NCBI GenBank assembly: GCA_964016885.1
Contig: OZ024747.1
Span: 62,372,001-62,436,000 of the forward strand
Origin: Eledone cirrhosa
Taxonomy: Eukaryota
Direction: 5' to 3'
Length of the DNA: 64,000 nucleotides
Numbering within the stretch: the first letter of the stretch is position 1; the number at the start of each line of letters is the position of its first letter. Made by a program: the position numbers and the translations under genes. Under the pieces are notes generated by a model. That model did not search any database. It saw only the letters and a program-made list of their open reading frames with translations, and had not been told where the DNA came from. This document shows positions 54,411 to 64,000 of the stretch, one piece after another.

Positions 54411-55101
54411 TATTAAGGTGTAACATTCTTTTGGTTTTGTCTTTGATATGCTCGCTATAGTATGGGACATGATATGCTCACTTATAGCCGGACTGTTAAC
54501 ATCGTGTTTCATACTATGTCATTGATGTGACTGAGGTGTTGCTCCATTTGTTTGCGTCAGTTTGTTAAAAATGGTATCTTATACAGTAACCCGGATCACG
54601 TAAAATTTCCTGCCGTGTAAAGGTCAGTGGTAACTTGTGAAATTTGAGCTGAGAACGCGAAAAACGAAGCATATTCTATACTCGTATGTCCAGTGCATCT
54701 TAACCAATTTTGTGAATTTTGATCGAACATTTCCTTCTTATTCAGTTTTTTTCGAGTATTGGCCATATAAGGGTTTTTCTTGTTACCGTTTTATCATGGT
54801 ATTATGGAGATCAGCTTTCTATTTAGATTTAATCTTTCACCATTTCTGTTGTATCTTTGTTTCATTTTGTTCACAATTATCTGTCAATCCAGTTTCTGTT
54901 TTCAATTATTCGACTTCCCTGAAGATAAAGAACAATTTTTTGCTTCGTTCAAGTTTCGTGGCTATTTAATTAACTTTCGAATACTCTTCATTAAATATTG
55001 CTGAAGTTCTACAGTAGTTACTTTATAATAGTTTTCTAGCTGCTTATGGCCTCTACCTTCCTGTATTCGTGGTAGGTATAAACTTTCTACATCTGATTTT
55101 G

Positions 55102-55290
55102 GGTGGTGCGTGGCAGTATCGGTAGAGAGTCGGACGCCATGCTTTCCAGCATAGAGTTATGTCCCTTTATGATCTGACTTCAAATCCTGCCGAGGTTAAC
55201 TTTGCCTTTCATCCTTACGGGGTCGATAAAATAAAGTACCAGTAATACACTGGAGTAATTGCTGGCCTTGTGCCAAAAGTAGAAACACTT
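55102..55290 (+). mobile_element. tRNA-derived SINE (followed by a diverged partial head at 55315-55405)
   Basis: Match to family consensus. Confidence 0.88.
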
Positions 55291-55461
55291 ATTACAGTCA
55301 ACCAGACATAAGGGAGGTGAATTGGCAGAATTGTTAGAGTACCGCACAACATGCTTTGCGGCTTTTAGTTACGGCCCTTTATATTTTTAGTTCAAATACC
55401 GCCATGTGTCCAGTTCAGAATATTTATACTGTAGCTCATTTCTGTCTCGTCACGCTAGTCC

Positions 55462-55505
<44 letters not shown>

Positions 55506-55806
55506 ATTATTATTATGTAATAAACAACATAAAGCAATTATTCCATTTACCAGTGGTTTCTTAAAAGCAAAAGGTTTTGCTTTCAATCCTCAGAATGAAA
55601 AATCCTGGTTTGTTTATTGAATATGGATTCTAAAAACAAAAATGCAATCTATATGAAAGTGAGGCTGGAAAAGGGAGAAGGAAAGGAAAAATAAAATAAA
55701 ACTACACATGCAAACACATACAAAAAAAACACAAAAGCATACTTACACACACATACATATATACACATATATATAAATGCACGCATACACACATACATAT
55801 ACACAT

Positions 55807-55885
<79 letters not shown>

Positions 55886-55951
55886 AAGAGCGTACACCTA
55901 CACACACATACACATATATACACACATATACACATACATATATTCATACAT

Positions 55952-55996
<45 letters not shown>

Positions 55997-56331
55997 TACA
56001 CACACACATATATATACACACACATACATACATTCACACAAACATACAACGTACATACATACACATACATGAATGCACTCCACTACATATTAACACACGC
56101 ATATAAGAAAAAAATATATAAATATATTAACAAATTTTTGACAGCGATACATGCCCCAGCTAACAGGACAGACACGCGTGGTAAGTAATACACACATAAG
56201 CACATATACATACGTTCGAAATAGTAAACACATGCCTTATGTTGTTTATTACATAATAATAATAATTAAGCTCTGTTGCATACATAGAGCACTCTTTTTT
56301 CCTGGACTTTTCCGATGGAATTACTTCATTT

Positions 56332-56366
<35 letters not shown>

Positions 56367-56469
56367 TGTTTTTAACACAGCCTTTTACTTTAACTATAAA
56401 CTACTATTACCACTTGATCGAAATTATATATATATCTAATTATATATACATATGTGTGTGTGTATCTCT

Positions 56470-56669
56470 NNNNNNNNNNNNNNNNNNNNNNNNNNNNNNN
56501 NNNNNNNNNNNNNNNNNNNNNNNNNNNNNNNNNNNNNNNNNNNNNNNNNNNNNNNNNNNNNNNNNNNNNNNNNNNNNNNNNNNNNNNNNNNNNNNNNNNN
56601 NNNNNNNNNNNNNNNNNNNNNNNNNNNNNNNNNNNNNNNNNNNNNNNNNNNNNNNNNNNNNNNNNNNNN
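56470..56669. other. Assembly gap (200 N)
   Basis: Run of N. Confidence 1.
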
Positions 56670-56682
56670 GAGTGTGTGTGTA

Positions 56683-56738
<56 letters not shown>

Positions 56739-56739
<1 letters not shown>

Positions 56740-58292
56740 TAATAATATTAATCGTAAATGCAACTGCCCTAATAGAACTAAATGTCCTCTTAATAATTTC
56801 TGTCTCGATAAAATTTAGTATACGAATGTAAAGTGCTAACTAGTACCAATTCTTATACCTACATTGGCTCTACTTCTACTTCTTTTAAGGCAAGACTATA
56901 TAACCATTCTTCCTCATTTAAATATCCACTTAAAAGGACAAACACTGCACTTTCAGAACTTATCTGGTCCTTAAAAGACAAAAAACATTAATTACAAAAT
57001 TTCTTGGTGTAAAATATGCAATGCTTCTCCATATTCTAATGCTTCCATATCTAGGGCTTGTAATTTATGTCTAGCTGAAATATTTACCATCATCTCGAAT
57101 TTCAACTCTATAATAAATAGACGCACGGATTTATTTGGTCTCTGCATCCATAAATCTCTTAGTTCATTTCACAAAGTATACAGCTAATACCCTATATCTT
57201 ATTCCACGAATAAAGGTTAACATTTTTACACATATATATTTTTTTTACACAAATATCTTTTCACTCAATTTTCTCGCATATTTCAGTACATTCTACAAAG
57301 TTTTAAACAAACTATGACGTTATATGGTTTTCTACGCTTTAAATCACTCTAGCAATTTCCTTTATCTACTTGTTGATACAAAATAATATTTAAATAGTTC
57401 ATATATAATATTTCATTATATTCTTTTTCTCACTATTTTTAAGCCGCTGACTTTTCCTCCTTTATCACATCAAATTTTCAGTATAAACCATCGTAGATTT
57501 TGTAAACAAACTATGACGTCAGATGTTTTTTTCTTCGCTTTTTCTACGCTTAAACCATTCTAATATTTTCCTTTATTTACTTGTTGATTAAAATAATATT
57601 TAAGTATTTAAATAGTTTTCCCACATATATAATTTTTTATATATAATCTATAATTTTTAATGGTAAATTTTTAATTTTTGACATGGTTTGACTACTCTTA
57701 TTTATTTTTTTCTACACATATATATATATTTTTTTACACAAATATCTTTTCACATATTTTTCTCACATTTCTCAATTATACTCTACAAACTATGAGGTTA
57801 TATGGTCTTCTACGCTTATAAATCATTTAATTTAATTTTATTTTATTAATACATTTTCACACCTCTTAATCAATTATTTTAGTATATAAACCCTAAATAA
57901 ATAATATACCTAGTTTCTATATTTGTAATCTAGGCACATAAACCTCATCAATTTATTTATTAATTTATATTTTTTAGCCGTTATTCACAACTGTTTTTCA
58001 TTTTTAACAGCGTTTCCCGATCAAATGTCTCTCTCTCTCCTCTCTCTCCTCCTTCCTTCTTAATTTTTCCTCCGTTATTTTCTCCTCTTTTTCCAATCTT
58101 CTCTCTCCTTTTATATTATTTTTATCATATGTTGACTGTACACTTTCTTGTTCACAAGTGTTTTTAGGCCTCATATCATGTTACCTTATTTTATCTGATG
58201 AGAACGCAATTTTCGTCCCAGGATGATATTTGTTTTTGAAATGCGCATAATAAAATATATGGAACTTTTTTAACTATCTTTTAATTTCTTCT
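56739..58292 (+). mobile_element. Penelope-like element 3' fragment: GIY-YIG pseudogene (56739-57190) + AT-rich pLTR with hammerhead
   Basis: RKCNCPNRTKCPLNNFCL, then after frameshift VYECKV..YTYIGSTSTSFKARLYNH, CNLCLAE, INRRTDLFGLCIH. Confidence 0.85.
58187..58257 (+). ncRNA. Type I hammerhead ribozyme at 3' end of PLE
   Basis: TATTTTAT-CTGATGA-GAACGCAAT...ATTTGTTTTT-GAAA-TGCGCA-TA-ATAAAATA (8-bp stem I). Confidence 0.75.
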
Positions 58293-58341
58293 ATGTGTGT
58301 GTGTATTTATATTTGTATATAAATATATATCTCTATATATG

Positions 58342-58406
<65 letters not shown>

Positions 58407-58454
58407 CAGGAAAGAAGGTTTACATGGTTTGCTATACAAAAAAGTTTTTAATCA

Positions 58455-58567
58455 CATAGCTTACATTTGTTTCACTGAACTGGTATGTCTAGAGATCGCT
58501 ATCCGCTTAATTTTGCGTTACTCGATCGCCAATACAGAATTATAACCAGTCAGATCTTCGGAGCATG
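58455..58567 (-). ncRNA. Hammerhead-like motif (CCGAAGA core, long stem II), left pLTR copy
   Basis: Mirror of 60178-60290. Confidence 0.6.
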
Positions 58568-60177
58568 CGAGAATGAAGAAAATACGGCTACTATATGGAG
58601 TAGTTATGGCATTCAATTAGAACAATAATAACAATTACAACAATGCTATCAATAAACTATTTAAGGAGACCCTGACATTACTTAGGTGGGGGGTATATAA
58701 TGTATCTAATGTTACGGCGTGAAAATCAGCTGTCATAAGGCAAAAAGTATCGTAGTGTGTATCAATTTTAAATTATAAAGATAAGCTAGTTTTTACAGTC
58801 TTTCTCTTCATCTTCAACAGTATACATGAGTGGGACCACTGTCAAAGCTCAATAGTTGCAGAGTTAATACAGAGGTTAACGAATTAATATACGCATATAT
58901 CTACGCACACACACACATACACACACACACACATATATATATATATAAATATATATACACATATATACACATGCATGTGTACATAGACACATACATACAC
59001 ATCAATATACGCTCGTACAAAAATATACATACATGCAAAGAGAAAAGCGTGCTAATTGTAATTATGGCAAAAAGAAGGTAAAGTAACATTGTAGTAGTGA
59101 AATGAGAAAAACTAGGATCTAGGATCAAATGATTGCAGCAGCTGAGAAGGAGTAAGATTGTTGGTAGATGAGGTACTTACAGACAATTGTGTGGTATAGA
59201 CTTGTGAAGGAAATAGTATACTTAATGAATATATTTCTGTGGGTAGTAGGTATCCTAATTTAAAGCTATGTTATGTTGGTTCGATTCACGGAGGTTTGAA
59301 TCTTATGAATTTAGTGGCTATTCTATGTCTGCAGAAGATAGATCTTTCTAACTTATTATTAAGTAGCCTTTTAACATTTCTAAGGATATACAATAGCTCA
59401 AGATCACACAGCCCGCAATAGGACATCCCTGTACTATAGGTTTTAGCAGCCGACAACTTCGACCAGTTGATAGTGTAGTTAGTGTTGCTGTCCTTCAATA
59501 CCCACAGAAATATATTCATTAAGTATACTATTTCCTTCACAAGTCTATACCACACAATTGTCTGTAAGTACCTCATCTACCAACAATCTTACCCTTCTCA
59601 GCTGCTGCAATCATTTGATTCTAGATCCTAGTTTTTCTCATTTCACTACTACAATGTTACTTTACCTTCTTGTTGCCATAATTACAATTAGCACGCTTTT
59701 CTCTTTGCATGTATGTATATTTTTGTACGAGTGTATATTGATGTGTATGTATGTGTCTATGTACACATGCATGTGTATATATGTGTATATATATTTATAT
59801 ATATATATATATGTGTGTGTATGTGTATGTGTGTGTGTGCGTAGATATATGCGTATATTAATTCGTTAACCTCTGTATTAACTCTGCAACTATTGAGCTT
59901 TGACAGTGGTCCCACTCATGTATACTGTTGAAGATGAAGAGAAAGACTGTAAAAACTAGCTTATCTTTATAATTTAAAATTGATACACACTACGATACTT
60001 TTTGCCTTATGACAGCTGATTTTCACGCCGTAACATTAGATACATTATATACCCCCCACCTAAGTAATGTCAGGGTCTCCTTAAATAGTTTATTGATAGC
60101 TTTGTTGTAATTGTTATTATTGTTCTAATTGAATGCCATAACTACTCCATATAGTAGCCGTATTTTCTTCATTCTCG

Positions 60178-60290
60178 CATGCTCCGAAGATCTGACTGGT
60201 TATAATTCTGTATTGGCGATCGAGTAACGCAAAATTAAGCGGATAGCGATCTCTAGACATACCAGTTCAGTGAAACAAATGTAAGCTATG
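60178..60290 (+). ncRNA. Hammerhead-like motif (CCGAAGA core, long stem II), right pLTR copy
   Basis: CATGCT-CCGAAGA-T-CTGACTGGT...ACCAGTTCAG-T-GAAA-CAAATG-TA-AGCTATG. Confidence 0.6.
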
Positions 60291-60606
60291 TGATTAAAAA
60301 CTTTTTTGTATAGCAAACCATGTAAACCTTCTTTCCTGATTTATTATTACTCCAAGTGTTTACAACATAGGAATTACAGCATACCCGCAGCATCACTATG
60401 AAAACGCCTTGTTGAGTCAAACCAAGCCAAGCGTTAATATCATCCACTACCTGGAATACCATAACTGGACTTCACCTAAGTGGACTGCATTTAATTATTA
60501 TTTGTTAATCCGTATATATATATATATATATGTACATTATGAAGAGAGAAGAAACATTTAGATATAATTAGTAATAAAATGTATCATACCTAAACTGCTC
60601 CTAGAT

Positions 60607-60696
60607 TCCTCGACTACGTAGTTTCGTGGCATAATCAAAAACAATACATCATAAAGATATAGAGTCTTTGCGAGGTCTGCCGACTTATCAAGAGGA
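60607..60696 (-). ncRNA. Hammerhead-like motif with altered core TTGATAA
   Basis: Minus strand TCCTC-TTGATAA-GTCGGCA...TGCCAC-GAAA-CTACGTAG-TC-GAGGA. Confidence 0.55.
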
Positions 60697-61365
60697 TACC
60701 TCGTTTTACTAGCTTCAAGAACGCGTCTACATGACGTGAGAAAGAATCCCAAAAGGCGGAGGGGGAGATAGTCACGCGATATAACGGTCGAGAAACAGAG
60801 CTAAGCCTCTTATAACCACGGAGGCGGAGGTATATATATATATATATATTGTATATATATATATATATGTATATATACATACCTTTCCACCATATTTAAT
60901 CTTACAGTGATATCGTAACAAATGCTGAGATACCATAAAGTTTCGAAATCCGGATAACCTAATTAGAACATATTGCTTTGCCAAAAATATTACTGTTTTG
61001 CTGCAAGACTATAGATATATATATTTTAAGTACAGCTTTGGTCATAATTAGCTTACTAGTTCAGAAACCTGAATATAAGAAACCATATTAAACTTTATTC
61101 CAAAAGTGATATAAAGGTAGTTTATATAAATGTGTATAGTTACAATAAATGTTCGGAATGCTTTCCGTTTGCAAGCACACCCTTATTTCGTTTCTTTGTT
61201 ATTAATAAGCTAACTATGGTAAATCATGTATATTATATTAACCTTTTCCTGACCGTTTTTCTAACTAAAGATACAGCGTATATTTTTCGAACAATCAACA
61301 TATTTATGGCATTTTGTAATATAACGAACTTTTTCACGATTAAACTGGTGTAGTGAAACATCGGT

Positions 61366-63688
61366 GAAACCACACCAAAACGGACTTCCTAAATAATAAG
61401 GTCTTGAGTAAAATGTGTCAGGGAAACCACACCAAAAAAGGACTCACTAAATAATAAGGTCTTGAGTAAAATGTGTCAGGGAAACCACACCAAAAAAGGA
61501 CTCACTAAATAATAAGGTCTTGAGTAAAATGTGTCAGGGAAACCACACCAAAAAAGGACTCACTAAATAATAAGGTCTTGAGTAAAATGTGTCAGGGAAA
61601 CCACACCAAAAAAGGACTCACTAAATAATAAGGTCTTGAGTAAAATGTGTCAGGGAAACCACACCAAAAAAGGACTCACTAAATAATAAGGTCTTGAGTA
61701 AAATGTGTCAGGGAAACCACACCAAAAAAGGACTCACTAAATAATAAGGTCTTGAGTAAAATGTGTCAGGGAAACCACACCAAAAAAGGACTCACTAAAT
61801 AATAAGGTCTTGAGTAAAATGTGTCAGTGAAACCACACCAAAAAAGGACTCACTAAATAATAAGGTCTTGAGTAAAAGGTGTCAGGGAAACCACACCAAA
61901 AAAAGGACTCACTAAATAATAAGGTCTTGAGTAAAATGTGTCAGGGAAACCACACTAAAAAGGACTCACTAAATAAGAAGGTCTTGAGTAAAATGTGTCA
62001 GAGAAACCACACCAAAAAAGGACTCACTAAATAATAAGGTCTTGAGTAAAATGTGTCAGGGAAACCACACCAAAAAAGGACTCACTAAATAATAAGGTCT
62101 TGAGTAAAATGTGTCAGAGAAACCACACTAAAAAGGACTCACTAAATAAGAAGGTCTTGAGTAAAATGTGTCAGAGAAACCACACCAAAAAGGACTCACT
62201 AAATAATAAGGTCTTGAGTAAAATGTGTCAGGGAAACCACACCAAAAAAGGACTCACTAAATAATAAGGGCTTGAGTAAAATGTATCAGGGAAACCACAC
62301 CAAAAAAGGACTCACTAAATAATAAGGGCTTGAGTAAAATGTGTCAGGGAAACCACACCAAAAAAGGACTCACTAAATAATAAGGTCTTGAGTAAAATGT
62401 GTCAGGGAAACCACACCAAAAAAGGACTCACTAAATAATAAGGTCTTGAGTAAAATGTGTCAGGGAAACCACACCAAAAAAGGACTCACTAAATAATAAG
62501 GTCTTGAGTAAAATGTGTCAGGGAAACCACACCAAAAAAGGACTCACTAAATAATAAGGTCTTGAGTAAAATGTGTCAGGGAAACCACACCAAAAAAGGA
62601 CTCACTAAATAATAAGGTCTTGAGTAAAATGTGTCAGGGAAACCACACCAAAAAAGGACTCACTAAATAATAAGGTCTTGAGTAAAAGGTGTCAGGGAAA
62701 CCACACCAAAAAAAGGACTCACTAAATAATAAGGTCTTGAGTAAAATGTGTCAGGGAAACCACACTAAAAAGGACTCACTAAATAATAAGGTCTTGAGTA
62801 AAATGCGTCAGAGAAACCACACCAAAAAAGGACTCACTAAATAATAAGGTCTTGAGTAAAATGTGTCAGGGAAACCACACCAAAAAAGGACTCACTAAAT
62901 AATAAGGGCTTGAGTAAAATGTGTCAGGGAAACCACACCAAAAAAGGACTCACTAAATAATAAGGTCTTGAGTAAAATGTGTCAGGGAAACCACACCAAA
63001 AAAGGACTCACTAAATAATAAGGGCTTGAGTAAAATGTGTCAGGGAAACCACACCAAAAAAGGACTCACTAAATAATAAGGTCTTGAGTAAAATGTGTCA
63101 GGGAAACCACACTAAAAAGGACTCACTAAATAATAAGGGCTTGAGTAAAATGTGTCAGGGAAACCACACCAAAAAAGGACTCACTAAATAATAAGGGCTT
63201 GAGTAAAATGTGTCAGGGAAACCACACCAAAAAAGGACTCACTAAATAATAAGGTCTTGAGTAAAATGTGTCAGGGAAACCACACCAAAAAAGGACTCAC
63301 TAAATAATAAGGGCTTGAGTAAAATGTGTCAGGGAAACTACACTAAAAAGGACTCACTAAATAATAAGGTCTTGAGTAAAATGTGTCAGAGAAACCACAC
63401 CAAAAAGGACTCACTAAATAAGAAAGTCTTGAGTAAAATGTGTCAGAGAAACCACACCAAAAAGGACTCACTAAATAATAAGGTCTTGAGTAAAATGTGT
63501 CAGGGAAACCACACCAAAAAAGGACTCACTAAATAATAAGGGCTTGAGTAAAATGTGTCAGGGAAACCACACCAAAAAAGGACTCACTAAATAATAAGGT
63601 CTTGAGTAAAATGTGTCAGGGAAACCACACCAAAAAAGGACTCACTAAATAATAAGGTCTTGAGTAAAATGTGTCAGGGAAACCACAC
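61366..63688. repeat. Homogeneous 58-bp minisatellite, ~40 copies (GACTCACTAAATAATAAGGTCTTGAGTAAAATGTGTCAGGGAAACCACACCAAAAAAG)
   Basis: Unit starts at 61441 and 61499; few variant positions; no unique spacers. Confidence 0.97.
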
Positions 63689-64000
63689 AGGATTATCATG
63701 ACTGGAATGTTTTGATTCAACAACAACAACAACAGCAACAGCAGCAGCAGCAGCAACAGACGTGTGGTAGACTTAAGCAATCACCCGGTTTAACACCACA
63801 AGCTTTTAGAAGAGTATGTTGCAAGCATTTAGGCCAAGTCTCTCTAGTCTGAGGGTACCCTCTTCCCTCTACCTTCATCTACTTCATCCTCTTACTTTCC
63901 TGGTTCCTCCCCTACCCCTATCACATCAGATTTAGGGTTTATACTCCTTAACTAAACATTAAAAAAACCCAAAGCAGCAAGAACGTTTTTAATATGGCGC

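Larger units (their letters stand above)
58401..60510 (-). mobile_element. Penelope-like element: truncated GIY-YIG C-terminus between two inverted ~845-bp pLTRs
   Basis: Arms 58401-59245 and 59499-60344 are near-perfect reverse complements; spacer encodes LKDSNTNYTINWSKL..YCGLCDLELLYI..LLNNKLERSIFCRH on minus strand. Confidence 0.9.

Noticed and set aside
61366-63688. CRISPR-like array
   Set aside because: Contiguous near-identical 58-bp units with no unique spacers, no cas genes, eukaryotic context
63929-63941. Telomeric repeat TTAGGG
   Set aside because: Single copy only

Overview
Repeat-dominated, AT-rich eukaryotic DNA. The SINE family and the extreme (TA)n/(CA)n/(CATA)n density suggest an octopod cephalopod (inference). 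No intact host gene is supportable, and most listed ORFs are microsatellite translation artefacts. The window holds (i) decayed R4/Dong-like non-LTR retrotransposons (RT + CCHC + restriction-like endonuclease) in two groups, one sitting in (TACA)n and one in (TAA)n; (ii) Penelope-like elements (RT/GIY-YIG), including an ~845-bp inverted pseudo-LTR pair; (iii) a dozen or more copies of a tRNA-derived SINE, some stacked serially at one site; (iv) several MITEs; (v) two minisatellites (52/53 bp and 58 bp units); and (vi) a 200-N gap. The most notable hidden layer is a dense set of type I hammerhead ribozyme motifs on both strands (about 10 with recognisable cores plus decayed ones), mostly in short modules embedded in (TA)n. 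They include an extended ~250-bp hammerhead cassette bracketed by inverted repeats, recurrent core variants (CCGAAGA, TTGATAA), large stem-II insertions, and palindromes that appear to have folded back at hammerhead stem II. All structures were paired by eye, with no folding or database search.
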